NCBI GenBank assembly: GCA_965277805.1 | Contig: OZ255842.1 | Location: 2,304,001 to 2,368,000 of the forward strand | Length of the DNA stretch: 64,000 bases | Direction: 5' to 3' | DNA from: Candidatus Lustribacter sp. | GTDB lineage: Bacteria > Vulcanimicrobiota > Vulcanimicrobiia > Vulcanimicrobiales > Vulcanimicrobiaceae | Shown: in pieces, positions 20,775 through 30,443 of the stretch | How positions within the stretch are numbered: position 1 is the first letter of the stretch | How the letters are laid out: every line of letters starts with the position of its first letter | Notes under the pieces: model-generated | The model's database searches: none | Told to the model about the DNA's origin: nothing | The model's input: only the letters and a program-made list of their open reading frames with translations | Program-made: the position numbers and the translations under genes

Positions 20775-21646
20775 GCGCTGGCGAGAGCTTTCTTTTGAAT
20801 CAAGTCATCGACGATCTGAGCGACCTTCTCGGGCTGATCGGTCTGCGCTTGGTGCCCGGCCTGCGGTATCCAGTGGAATTTTACATCCGGAAGAATCGCT
20901 TCGAGTTTTTTGCCGAGTTCCGGCGGTGCGAAGATATCGTCGTGGCCCCAGATGAAAACGGTCGGGATTGCCTTCGCCAAGAGCGGTAACGTTTCGCGCA
21001 TATCAAAGCTTGCGAACAACAACGGGTTGTTGCGTACGGCAGCGATGGATTTGTCGGAGGCCGCGAACGCGTCCATTGCGCCCGGGCGCGTCGCGGAGGC
21101 TTGACGCAAGTCGATCAGCGCGTCGGTCACCACCTCCGGCCGCGCGCATAGACCTTTCATGAGCCGTTCCATTCCGGCCCGCGTTCCATCATAGCCTTGA
21201 AGAAGTTTCATCCCCTCGGTTTGGCCGAGCGGGATGCCGAGCGCCGAACCGATGGTGAGGCTCGATAGCAGGACGACGTTTTCGACGCGGTCCGGATGGG
21301 TGATCGCATAGCGCGCGACACACCATGCTCCTTGAGAGTTCCCGAGCAGCGTCGCTTTCTCGATGCAAAGCGTCTCGAGGAACGCAGCAGCATGATCGAC
21401 GCGGCTCTGCAAGCCGTCGTGCAACGGAACCGGATCGGTAAGACCGTACGCTCCGACGGAGTCGAGCCCGATGACGCGGTAGCGGTCGCCGAGCAACTCG
21501 AAGAGCCGGCCGAGGCCCGCGGCTCCGGACGAGCCGTGGCCGCCGCCGTGCATGCCCAGGATCACCGGACCGTCGCCGCCGCTCTCGGTGTAATGCGTCT
21601 TGACCCCGTTGACCATGACGAACCGGGACCTGCGTTCTGCAGTCAT
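20771..21646 (-). CDS. Alpha/beta hydrolase, meta-cleavage-product (BphD/MhpC-like) hydrolase family
   Basis: HGGGHGSSG oxyanion motif, GNSQG nucleophile, WG.DD, AGHQAQTDQP; ATG at 21646. Confidence 0.8.
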   Translation of the reverse strand: MTAERRSRFVMVNGVKTHYTESGGDGPVILGMHGGGHGSSGAAGLGRLFELLGDRYRVIGLDSVGAYGLTDPVPLHDGLQSRVDHAAAFLETLCIEKATLLGNSQGAWCVARYAITHPDRVENVVLLSSLTIGSALGIPLGQTEGMKLLQGYDGTRAGMERLMKGLCARPEVVTDALIDLRQASATRPGAMDAFAASDKSIAAVRNNPLLFASFDMRETLPLLAKAIPTVFIWGHDDIFAPPELGKKLEAILPDVKFHWIPQAGHQAQTDQPEKVAQIVDDLIQKKALASA

Positions 21647-21672
21647 TATCGCTCCATTCTCGGGCTTTTGCA

Positions 21673-21774
21673 AACGAAATCATATTTTAATCAACTAGGC
21701 AACCCCTCCTGGCGGGAAGAACGGCAGGGGTGTCCGCGCGAACGGTCAAACTTTATAACGAAATGATATTTTAA
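21673..21774. promoter_or_regulatory. Two copies of an 18-bp operator-like motif AACGAAAT(C/G)ATATTTTAA in a divergent promoter
   Basis: 21673-21690 and 21757-21774 match at 17 of 18 positions; AT-rich within GC-rich DNA. Confidence 0.7.
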
Positions 21775-21801
21775 CATCGTGGATCAAGAAAGGGAACGCC
21801 G

Positions 21802-22959
21802 GTGAGAGCTGGACATCGCGTCTGGGACGCCGACACGCACGTACGCCCAACGCTCGAAACCCTCGAACCTTACTACGACCCGGCTTTGCGCGCGCGAGTC
21901 GGTGAACTGGAAGACTACAAAGATGAGGTGATCGGCACCGAGCGCGTCACGCGCAAGGTGGGCAATCACGATTACACCTTCCCCGGCTACCTCGTCTTCC
22001 GGCGTACTCTTGGATACGATGTTCGCGATTCGGTGCCGCAGCGCGGCAGCGGCAAGAAGTTCATGGGCACCGAAGCCCCGAGCGCCAACACCGAAGACGA
22101 CGACCCGGACGCACGTCTGCGTGATATGGACCGCGAAGGTGTCGACGTACAGTTGCTCGTGCCCGGTCAGCCCAACCCGGTTGGACTAACCGACTTGGAG
22201 TTGCAGCTCGGCTTCGTGCGCGCATTCAACCGCTACGTCGCGGACTTCGCGTCCAAGGCTCCCGAACGGCTGAAGGTGCTCCTACCGGTGCTCGGCACCG
22301 CTCCCGAGGCCTGCGCCCAAGAGATTCGGCGTTACGCCGGCCAGCGCTGGATGGTCGGGGTGTGGCCGGTCGTCGGTAACGATCTACCGCTCGATCATCC
22401 GTCGCTGGCACCGATTTGGGAAGCGTGCGATGAAGCGGGGCTCGCCGTCGTGCACCACTCGCTGTCGAACGTCGCGCCCTACTTCCCCGGCTATCGCGAT
22501 CTCTGGGATAGCCGCACGCTCGGACGCGCCGCATCGCATCCGTGGGGTGCGATGCGCGCGCTCGGCGCCTTCCTCGGCGGCGGTTTGCTCGAAAAGTATC
22601 AAAACTTGCGTTTCGGTATCCTCGAGAGCGGGTGCGGCTGGTTGCCGTTCTGGGCGCGACGCGTCGACGATCAAATCGAGTATCTCGGCGGCGCTGCCCC
22701 GTTAAAGGAAACGGTCGAGGAGCAGATGCGCGGGGGCCGCTTCTTCGCAAGCTTGGAGATGGCGGAAAAGGAAGACATGGTGAAGATGGTCGTCGATTTT
22801 CTCGGCGACGGCGTCCTCATGTACGCTTCCGACTATCCGCATCCGGAATGCCGCTATCCCGAATCGGTCGACACGTTCCTGGGCTGGTCGACGATGTCGG
22901 AGAGCCTGAAAAATAAGTTGCTCTGGGAGAACGCGGTGAAGTTCTACGGTGAACCATAA
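21802..22959 (+). CDS. Amidohydrolase_2 family TIM-barrel metalloprotein (possible dinuclear oxygenase)
   Basis: DADTH, RLRDMDREGVD, VHH, ILESGCGW, SDYPHPE. Confidence 0.85.
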   Translation: MRAGHRVWDADTHVRPTLETLEPYYDPALRARVGELEDYKDEVIGTERVTRKVGNHDYTFPGYLVFRRTLGYDVRDSVPQRGSGKKFMGTEAPSANTEDDDPDARLRDMDREGVDVQLLVPGQPNPVGLTDLELQLGFVRAFNRYVADFASKAPERLKVLLPVLGTAPEACAQEIRRYAGQRWMVGVWPVVGNDLPLDHPSLAPIWEACDEAGLAVVHHSLSNVAPYFPGYRDLWDSRTLGRAASHPWGAMRALGAFLGGGLLEKYQNLRFGILESGCGWLPFWARRVDDQIEYLGGAAPLKETVEEQMRGGRFFASLEMAEKEDMVKMVVDFLGDGVLMYASDYPHPECRYPESVDTFLGWSTMSESLKNKLLWENAVKFYGEP

Positions 22960-22972
22960 CGTGGAGTCGACG

Positions 22973-23314
22973 ATGACTCGCGTTTTCTCACTGGAGCAAT
23001 TGCCGCCCGGAATGGCTCGAATGGAACCCATTGGCGAACAGTACATCGCCTTCTTCAACATCGACGGCACGATCTACGCCGTCGACGACACCTGCCCGCA
23101 TCTCGGCGGCCCGCTACACGATGGAAACGTCGACCCCGACGAGCTGCTTGTCACCTGCCCGCTTCATAACTGGCGCTTCAGTCTCTGCGACGGCACGATG
23201 CGTCCGGGGCGGCGGCGCATTGCGACATACGATGTCGAGATCCGGGACGGTAATGTCTACGTTAATACCGCGCCGCGACCCGTGGTCCCGGCCGATCAGC
23301 CCCCAGCGCCCTAG
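22973..23314 (+). CDS. Rieske [2Fe-2S] ferredoxin
   Basis: CPHLGGPL and TCPLHNWRF; about 113 aa. Confidence 0.9.
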   Translation: MTRVFSLEQLPPGMARMEPIGEQYIAFFNIDGTIYAVDDTCPHLGGPLHDGNVDPDELLVTCPLHNWRFSLCDGTMRPGRRRIATYDVEIRDGNVYVNTAPRPVVPADQPPAP

Positions 23315-24423
23315 TTCGACGGAACCTTCTGCTTGGCCGCCGAGCCGACGATGTGCGAGACGCTTCCGATGCCGTCCGCTTTCAGCAGAGCGAGCAATTC
23401 TTCGTTCACCCGGCGAGCCAGCGACGGGCCCTGAAAGATCAGCGCCGTCACGAACTGGACGAGGCTCGCGCCGGCCTTCAACGCAGCGTACGCGTCGTGC
23501 CCGGAGCGAATGCCGCCCGACGCGATGAGCGCATAGCGCGCCGGATCGGCGCGCACGTACCACTCGCGTACGGACTCGAGCATCGCCGGAAGGCCGAGCG
23601 CCGGGCTCGATAGCGACCCCGTCAACGCTTCCCATGTCGATGCAGGCGTGTTGAGCCCCACGTACGGGCGCGCGCTGATCGTGTTGACCCGAAAACCGCG
23701 CACAAACGGGAAATCGTCCGTGACGCGCAGCACCGATTCGATCGCATCGAACGGAACGCGGATCTTGATGAACACCGGCGGCAAACTGCCGGTTGCGCCG
23801 ATCGCCTCCAACAGGCGCCGCAAATTGTCCATGCGCGCAAGCGGATGCACGCCCGGCGCGTTCGCGCATTCCGCGCTGATGGCGAGAAAGCGCCCCAGCG
23901 GAGCAAACGTCGCGGCCGCTGATGCTAATTCGGCGATCACCTCAGCCGGCTCAACGGGGCGGCCCGTGTTCGTCTCGACGATGTTCACGCCCAACGGCAC
24001 TGCGCTGTCGGCAAGTGCGACGCGGCGCGCCACGACCTCGGCCCCGTCGTTGGGCACACCGTAGTTCACGATTACCGCTTCGTCCGCCGGCAGACGGAAC
24101 ACGCGCGGCCGCGCCGGATTGCCCGCCGACGGCCAACGTGAAACCGAACCGATCTCGAGAAAGCCGAAGCCCATGCGCGAGAGCAGCGCGATGCCCTCGC
24201 CGCTCTTGTCATAGCCGGCGCCCAAACCGACCGGGTTCGGGAACCTGATCCCGGCCACGTCCGTCACCAAGCGCGCATCCTGCGGCGCACCCCAACGCTT
24301 TTGCGCGAACGCGCGCGCCGCGGGAACGCGTCCCGCGAGCGCGCTCGCCTGCATGGCGAGATGATGCGCCCGTTCCGGATCGAGCCGGAACAGGATCGGC
24401 TTGACGTGACGGTAGAGGCTCAT
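23311..24423 (-). CDS. Divergent class-2 (quinone) dihydroorotate dehydrogenase-like flavoprotein
   Basis: LF.LDPE.AH N-terminal helices, NPVGLGAGYDK, GFLEIGSV, GN..PRVFRL, SGGI, GASLVQ; substrate-site motifs altered. Confidence 0.75.
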   Translation of the reverse strand: MSLYRHVKPILFRLDPERAHHLAMQASALAGRVPAARAFAQKRWGAPQDARLVTDVAGIRFPNPVGLGAGYDKSGEGIALLSRMGFGFLEIGSVSRWPSAGNPARPRVFRLPADEAVIVNYGVPNDGAEVVARRVALADSAVPLGVNIVETNTGRPVEPAEVIAELASAAATFAPLGRFLAISAECANAPGVHPLARMDNLRRLLEAIGATGSLPPVFIKIRVPFDAIESVLRVTDDFPFVRGFRVNTISARPYVGLNTPASTWEALTGSLSSPALGLPAMLESVREWYVRADPARYALIASGGIRSGHDAYAALKAGASLVQFVTALIFQGPSLARRVNEELLALLKADGIGSVSHIVGSAAKQKVPSN

Positions 24424-25358
24424 GCCTTCCAGATCAGCTCGCTCGCCGGGAAGCCTTCATCGAGGAACTTGTACTTCGCGGCGAAGTCAATCGTCGGCTG
24501 CAGTTCCGCCGGCACCGTGGTCTCGGCGTACACCGAGCGCACCATGTGCGCGAGCGTATCGGGATCGACCTTGGCGTACTTCTCGAGGATCACGGCGCTC
24601 TTGGCGTGATTGGCGTTGCCCCACGCCGCCGCTTCGCGAATGGCTGCGGCGAAGCGCGTCACCGTGTCGACGTTCGCCGCCGCCCACTGCTTGCTCGTGA
24701 AATACGCAGCGCCGAGGAACCGCTTCGCGATCGCCTCGTACGGACGTCCGATCAGCTTCGTCGAATCGCGCAGCGCGGTCGCATAGGGTTCCACGATGAA
24801 GGCGGCGTCGATGCGCCCCGCTTTCATGGCATCGCCGCACGCGATGTAGGGAATCTCGACCCATTTGACTTTCGCCGGGTCGCCGCCGTGCTGCTGCACC
24901 CACGCGTTGGTCGCGGTATCGCCGAGGTTCTTGAGCGGCGAGGTGCCGATGATCTTTCCTTGCAGATCGAGCGGCCCGCGGATGGGCGAGTCTTTAGGCG
25001 CGAGCAGGTAGTTGTTCGGCCAGCGCGAGTCGTTGACGGCCGCCGGCGCGACGATCGTGATCGGCAGTCCCTTGCGAAACGCCTGTTCGATCGCGAGGAT
25101 GTTCGTGTAGGCGATATCGACCGAGTTCGACACCACCGACGGCACCGCGAGCGAGTTGTCGTTCGGCGTCGTGATGTCCACGTCGAGGCCGTGCTTCTCG
25201 AAGATCCCGAGTTCGCGCGCGTAATACAGCGCTCCCGATTGGTCGAGCGCAGTTGCGACCGCACGTACTTTCGTCGGCGATTGCGCGCGAACGGGACGCG
25301 CGCCCGCGGCGGCAACGATGCCCCCGGCAAGAAGACATACTGCATTACGGCGATTCAC
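24420..25358 (-). CDS. NitT/TauT-family ABC substrate-binding protein
   Basis: MNRRNAV Tat leader, G.FEKHGLDV, DLQGKIIG, VEPY. Confidence 0.85.
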   Translation of the reverse strand: MNRRNAVCLLAGGIVAAAGARPVRAQSPTKVRAVATALDQSGALYYARELGIFEKHGLDVDITTPNDNSLAVPSVVSNSVDIAYTNILAIEQAFRKGLPITIVAPAAVNDSRWPNNYLLAPKDSPIRGPLDLQGKIIGTSPLKNLGDTATNAWVQQHGGDPAKVKWVEIPYIACGDAMKAGRIDAAFIVEPYATALRDSTKLIGRPYEAIAKRFLGAAYFTSKQWAAANVDTVTRFAAAIREAAAWGNANHAKSAVILEKYAKVDPDTLAHMVRSVYAETTVPAELQPTIDFAAKYKFLDEGFPASELIWKA

Positions 25359-27049
25359 GATTTTCCTCCATATCCATAATCACGTTGGGCTGCATCGGCG
25401 GTGACGTAGCCGAATTCCAGATCGCGTTCGATTTCTGCCTGCGGCCGGTCGCCGGGTTTCCCGTAACCCCCGCCGCCGCCGGTTTCGACCACGACCACGT
25501 CACCGGGTTCGAGGGCGAAATGTTCGGACTTGTAGACCACTTCAGGTTCACCCGTACCGCCTTTATAGACGCGTACGATGCCGGGCTGCGCGGTGCCGCC
25601 GCCGTGCACGCCCCACGGCGGGCACACGTGGCGCTCGAAGTTGAGCGAGAGCCGGCAGTTGCCGAGAATGCGGTAGCGCTTGCGGAATCCGAGCCCGCCG
25701 CGATAACGCCCCGCACCGGCGGAATCCTCGCGCAGCGAGAACGACTCGAGCCGGTAGGGATACATCGACTCTTGCAGCTCGACCGGAATGATGCGCGAGT
25801 CGCCGTGCGCCATGGTCCGGAAGGGACCCGAGCCGTCGGCGCGCGCCGAGGCGCCCCAGCCGCCGTGACCGCTGTCATAGCATTGAAACGGCGTTCCGTC
25901 GGGAAACGTGCCGATGAAGCGCACCGACGAGTAAGAACCGAAGTGAGCGCCCGTCACGGCCTCGGGCATCGCGTGCTCGAGCGCCTTGATGAACGTATCG
26001 ACGATCGTTGGAAACGGGAAGCCGTAGTTGCCCATCGCCGCGCGCGGCGAGGCGCTCACGAGCGTCCCGGGCGGCAGGATCAGCTTGAGCGGACGATACG
26101 TGCCGGCGTTGGCCGGCTCGTCGGTGGCGATCAGGTACTTGAACGCGATGCGCGCGGTCGTCAGCCCGCCGCCGTGGTGCCCCGAATTGATCGAGCTGCG
26201 CACTTGCGGCGGCATGTCGGAGTAGTCGACCGTCATCTCATCGCCTTCGACGATGACGCGCACCTTGATCGGAATCGGCTCGTTCCCGATGCCGTCGTCG
26301 TCGAGCGCGGATTCCGCCTCATAGACACCGTCGGGAATCGCGCGGATCTTCGCTCGCGCGGCCGCCTCGCAGCGATCGAGAATAATGCCGACCGCCGCGA
26401 TGAAGGTCTCGGTGCCGTACTTGCGCGCCAGGCCCGCCATTAGGTCGCGGCCTTGCAGACAGCCGGCCAGCTGCGCCTCGATGTCGCCCATCAGCTCGGT
26501 CGGGAAACGCGAGTTGTTTTCGATGATGCGGTAGACGTCGTCGACCTTCACGCCCTTCGACCACATGCGGACCGAACGCAGCTGCAGGCCCTCCATGAAG
26601 ATGTCGGTCGAGTCCTTGGAGATCGAACCGACAGCTCCGCCGCCGATGTCCATCCAGTGCACGTTGATCGCGAAGTACCCGATGCGCGTGCCGTCGACGT
26701 CGACCGGCGTGTACATCACGGTGTTGTTGAGGTGCTGCCCTTGAACGGCGGCGGCATTGCACACGATCACATCGCCCGTGAAGATGCCGTCTTGGCCGTA
26801 GAGACCGATGGCGTCGCGCACGGCCGCGCCGACGGAGTCGGCAACGAAGATCGGCATCCCGCCGACCGATTGCGCGATCAGATCGCCTTCCGGACCGACG
26901 AATCCCACCGCGTAGTCGCGATATTCGTAGATGTAGGGGCTGAACGCGGTGCGCGTGATGTTGGCGTCGATTTGGTTCGTGATCGACTTGAGCCCGTGCC
27001 GGATCACTTCGAGGGTAATCGGATCGACAGCCGGCTGGGTTGCGATCAT
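25355..27049 (-). CDS. Hydantoinase B/oxoprolinase family subunit
   Basis: DPITLEVI, RTAFSP.I.E..D, QHLNN, HWMDIGG, EGLQ, GGWGA, SAGAG..RGGLG, GGGGYG.P. Confidence 0.92.
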   Translation of the reverse strand: MIATQPAVDPITLEVIRHGLKSITNQIDANITRTAFSPYIYEYRDYAVGFVGPEGDLIAQSVGGMPIFVADSVGAAVRDAIGLYGQDGIFTGDVIVCNAAAVQGQHLNNTVMYTPVDVDGTRIGYFAINVHWMDIGGGAVGSISKDSTDIFMEGLQLRSVRMWSKGVKVDDVYRIIENNSRFPTELMGDIEAQLAGCLQGRDLMAGLARKYGTETFIAAVGIILDRCEAAARAKIRAIPDGVYEAESALDDDGIGNEPIPIKVRVIVEGDEMTVDYSDMPPQVRSSINSGHHGGGLTTARIAFKYLIATDEPANAGTYRPLKLILPPGTLVSASPRAAMGNYGFPFPTIVDTFIKALEHAMPEAVTGAHFGSYSSVRFIGTFPDGTPFQCYDSGHGGWGASARADGSGPFRTMAHGDSRIIPVELQESMYPYRLESFSLREDSAGAGRYRGGLGFRKRYRILGNCRLSLNFERHVCPPWGVHGGGTAQPGIVRVYKGGTGEPEVVYKSEHFALEPGDVVVVETGGGGGYGKPGDRPQAEIERDLEFGYVTADAAQRDYGYGGKS

Positions 27050-29100
27050 ACGGCCTCCTTGATGTTGCAATCGATGCGGATTTCTTGCAGTTTGCCGATC
27101 GTGAAGCGGTCGCCGGGCCAGATCACCGTGGTCGAGCCGTACTCTTCGAGCACTGCCGGGCCGTCGGCGCTGAAGCCGATCTCGAGCGCGTAACGATCGT
27201 ACACCGTCGCGTCGAGCAAACCGAAATGGCGGCCGTACGCGATCTTGCGGATCGAGGGCGCGCGGCCGCCGCCGCTGTGGCGCGGCAACCGGCTGATGTC
27301 GGGCCGTTCGAGCCGTGCGAAGGCCGACACGTGCAAGGCTTGCACCTCGGCCGGCAGGTGCGGATCGGCGTGACCGTAGCGCCGACGGTAATCGTCGTCG
27401 AACGCGGTGCGCATGGCCGCCATTCCGGCATCCGCCGCAACTGAAACCTTCACGTTGTGGCGCTGACCGACGTAGCGCATTTCGATCATGCGCTCGAAGC
27501 GGATCTCGGCTTCGCCGAACTCGGCTTTGAGGGCGGCCGCCGCTTGCGTTTCCATGCTGGTGAACTCACCGTTGATCTCCGCCACGCTCTCGGCGACGAA
27601 CGGAGCCACCAGCGTTTCGGTATCGTCGAGACGCGCTTCGGCCAGCAGCATCCCGGTCGCCGAGAACGTTCCCGGCTCGGGCGGAATGATGACCGTCGGA
27701 ATCGACAGCTCGCGCGCCAGCGCCGAGCCGTGCAGCGGGCCGCCGCCGCCGTACGCGAAGAGCACGAAGTCGCGCGGATCGCGCCCGTGCTCGACGGACA
27801 CTTGGCGCACGGCACCGGCCATCGTCACGGTTGCGATCTCGATGATGCCGTCGGCCAGTTCCAGCAGCGAAGCCTCACCGTAGCCCAGCGGCGCGCCGAG
27901 TTCTTTGAACGCGGTCTTGACGGCGTTTACGTCGAGCGCGAGTTCGCCGCCCAGAAAGCGGTCGGCGGCGATGCGCCCCAAGAGCAGGTTGGCGTCGGTC
28001 ACGGTCGGTTCGGTGCCGCCGCGGCCGTAACACACCGGACCCGGCGTGCTGCCGGCGCTGCGCGGACCGACGTGCAGGCGCTCTTGCGCGTCGAGCCAGG
28101 CGATCGAGCCGCCGCCCGAACCAACCTCGACGATGTCGACCACCGGCGATTTGATCGGGAAACCCTTGACGTACCCGGCCGCATAGTAGACGGATTCCAC
28201 CGCAAACCGGCCGTTCTCGACGAGCGCGCACTTCGCGGTGGTGCCGCCCATATCGAACGCGATCGCATGTTCGATGCCGAGCGCTTCGGCATAGGCGCCG
28301 GCGCCGATGCAGCCGCCGATCGGGCCCGATTCCACCAGCACAATCGGCTGGCGGCACGTGCGTTCGACCGAGAGGACGCCGCCGTTCGAACCCATGAGGT
28401 ACAAGGTACCGCCGAAGCCGCGGCCGTGCAGTTTGTCTTCGAGGCCGCGCACGTACGAGTTGACGTCGGGGCCCACGAAGGCGTTCGCGGCGACCGTCGC
28501 CGTGCGTTCGTATTCGTACCACTCGCGCGAGAGATCGACGCTGTTCGTGATGAACACGCCGGGTAGCTCCGCCCGCAGCACTTCCACCGCTTGCAGTTCG
28601 TGGGCCGGATTCACGTAGGCGTGCAGAAAGCACACCGCCACGGCATCGATCTTCTGCTCGCGAAACGTCGCGGCCAGCGCTTCGAGGCCGGCCACGTCGA
28701 GCGGCACGATCACCTCGCCCTTGGCATCGATGCGTTCGTCGGCTTCGAAGCGGCGATTGCGCGGAATGAGCGGCTCGTCGCGCTTGAAGTAGAGGTCGAA
28801 CGGATCGGGACGGTTGCCGCGCGCGATCTCGAGCACGTCGCGGAAGCCCTTGGTGGTTACCAGCGCAGCCCGCGCGCCCTTGCGCTGGATTAGCGCGTTG
28901 ATCACAAGCGTCGTACCGTGATTGATCAGGGCAACGTCGCGCGGCTCCAGGTCGACCTTGCCGAAGCAGTCGAGGATGCCGGTTCCGAAGTCCCCGTAGG
29001 TTGTCGGACTCTTCGTATAAATGACCCGGTCGGATCCGCGGTCGAACGCCACGAGGTCGGTGAAGGTTCCGCCGATATCGACGGCCACGACGTATTCCAA
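27046..29100 (-). CDS. Hydantoinase A/oxoprolinase family ATP-binding subunit
   Basis: DIGGTFTD, HGTT, GFRDVLEI, ESGP, DMGGTT, GSGGGS, SAG..PGPVCYGRGG..PTVTDA. Confidence 0.93.
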   Translation of the reverse strand: MEYVVAVDIGGTFTDLVAFDRGSDRVIYTKSPTTYGDFGTGILDCFGKVDLEPRDVALINHGTTLVINALIQRKGARAALVTTKGFRDVLEIARGNRPDPFDLYFKRDEPLIPRNRRFEADERIDAKGEVIVPLDVAGLEALAATFREQKIDAVAVCFLHAYVNPAHELQAVEVLRAELPGVFITNSVDLSREWYEYERTATVAANAFVGPDVNSYVRGLEDKLHGRGFGGTLYLMGSNGGVLSVERTCRQPIVLVESGPIGGCIGAGAYAEALGIEHAIAFDMGGTTAKCALVENGRFAVESVYYAAGYVKGFPIKSPVVDIVEVGSGGGSIAWLDAQERLHVGPRSAGSTPGPVCYGRGGTEPTVTDANLLLGRIAADRFLGGELALDVNAVKTAFKELGAPLGYGEASLLELADGIIEIATVTMAGAVRQVSVEHGRDPRDFVLFAYGGGGPLHGSALARELSIPTVIIPPEPGTFSATGMLLAEARLDDTETLVAPFVAESVAEINGEFTSMETQAAAALKAEFGEAEIRFERMIEMRYVGQRHNVKVSVAADAGMAAMRTAFDDDYRRRYGHADPHLPAEVQALHVSAFARLERPDISRLPRHSGGGRAPSIRKIAYGRHFGLLDATVYDRYALEIGFSADGPAVLEEYGSTTVIWPGDRFTIGKLQEIRIDCNIKEAV

Positions 29101-29188
29101 AGCGATCCCCTTCGCCGCCAGGAATTGGCGGCATATACATTACAATACAATATCGTAACGTAATTACCTGCCCCCCGGAGGTGCCCCT

Positions 29189-29824
29189 GTGAAAATAGTA
29201 CAGCGCAAAGAATGGTGGGACCGGTTGTTCGCCCCGTCCTCGGCCCTAGCCATCATCACCACGGTCGACGAGGCCGGAGCCGTGAACGCGGCCGCCTTCG
29301 GAACCTGTACGCGGGTGCACCACAACCCGGTGGACATCGCGTTTACGTGCCGCCCGGAGAAGGATACCACTAAAAACGTGCTCGCAACGGGTGAGTTCGT
29401 CGTCAATCTCCCGCGCTTTGAAGAGGCCTCGCTCGAAGCGGTACGCGTCGTCGGCCTGCCGTTTGCGCGCGGCGTGAACGAGCTCGAACGCGCCGGCCTG
29501 CACGCCCTGCCCGCGCTCGAACTACAGCCGCCGCGCATTGTGGAGTGCACGCGGCACTTCGAGTGCAAGGTCGAATGGACGCACGAGTGGTCGGACCGCG
29601 TCATGATCGTCGGACGCTGCGTCGCAGCGTCGACCGACGAGGACTGCGTCGATGAGGAAGGGTACGTCCGCTTTGACAACGCGCGGCCGGCGCACTTCGC
29701 CGGTGCATCGTACAATTATTTCGTCGCGGCCTACGAGGTAATGAAGGTTCGTCAGCCTTACGAGGGTCCGGAAGTCGAGGAATACGATGCGTTCGAACGC
29801 GCGATCTACTCCCACCCCTCCTAA
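29189..29824 (+). CDS. Flavin reductase-like (DIM6/NTAB) FMN-binding protein
   Basis: ITT....G.VNAA.F, KDT..N...TGEFVVN, PPRI.EC..HFEC. Confidence 0.85.
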   Translation: MKIVQRKEWWDRLFAPSSALAIITTVDEAGAVNAAAFGTCTRVHHNPVDIAFTCRPEKDTTKNVLATGEFVVNLPRFEEASLEAVRVVGLPFARGVNELERAGLHALPALELQPPRIVECTRHFECKVEWTHEWSDRVMIVGRCVAASTDEDCVDEEGYVRFDNARPAHFAGASYNYFVAAYEVMKVRQPYEGPEVEEYDAFERAIYSHPS

Positions 29825-30407
29825 GCCACGCCGCAAAGCCGGACGGCCGCGCGATCCCGACGTTCACGATGCAATTCTGCGCGCCACCGCCGAGCTGATC
29901 GGCGAGAGCGGCTACGCCAACCTCAGCATCGAGGGCGTCGCGCAGCGCGCCGATGTCGGACGACCCTCAATCTACCGGCGCTGGCCGTCCAAACTGCACC
30001 TGGTCGAAGAGCTGATGAGCGCGGTGAGTGCGAGCGCGCCGCTGCCCGACACCGGTTCGCTGCGCGGCGATTTGCTCGCGCTCTATCGACTCTACGCGCG
30101 CACGCTGGATACGCCGGGCGGCCCGATCATTCCGGGACTCGTCGCCGAGGCGATGCACGATCTCGAACTCTCCGCGATCATCCAGCGCTACGTTGACGGG
30201 CGCCGCGCCGTTGCGCTGGGCGTGTTCGAGCGCGCGGTAGCGCGCGGCGAGATGCGTCCCGACGTCGATGCGGGAATGCTGATCGACTTCATCTCGGGCT
30301 TCTTCTGGTATCGCAAGCTGATCCGTCGCGCGCGCGTCCGAGCTGACGCGGCCGATCACTTCGTCGACGTCGTGCTGGCCGGCATCGCCGCCCGGAAGAA
30401 CCCTTGA
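29787..30407 (+). CDS. TetR/AcrR family regulator
   Basis: GRPRDP, SIEGVA.RA.V.RPSIYRRWPSK, PDTGSLRGDL. Confidence 0.92.
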   Translation: MRSNARSTPTPPKPRRKAGRPRDPDVHDAILRATAELIGESGYANLSIEGVAQRADVGRPSIYRRWPSKLHLVEELMSAVSASAPLPDTGSLRGDLLALYRLYARTLDTPGGPIIPGLVAEAMHDLELSAIIQRYVDGRRAVALGVFERAVARGEMRPDVDAGMLIDFISGFFWYRKLIRRARVRADAADHFVDVVLAGIAARKNP

Positions 30408-30443
30408 CGCAACGTCGCCCTTGAAGTTAAAATCTTATTTCGT
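30404..30443 (+). promoter_or_regulatory. Sigma70-like promoter (TTGACG-18 bp-TAAAAT) overlapped by an inverted copy of the 21673/21757 operator
   Basis: TTGACG at 30404-30409, TAAAAT at 30428-30433. TTAAAATCTTATTTCGT at 30427-30443 reverse-complements to ACGAAATAAGATTTTAA and directly precedes the ATG at 30444. Confidence 0.65.

Noticed and set aside
23311-24423. Naming the gene pyrD (pyrimidine biosynthesis)
   Set aside because: Substrate-binding and catalytic motifs are altered and the context is catabolic
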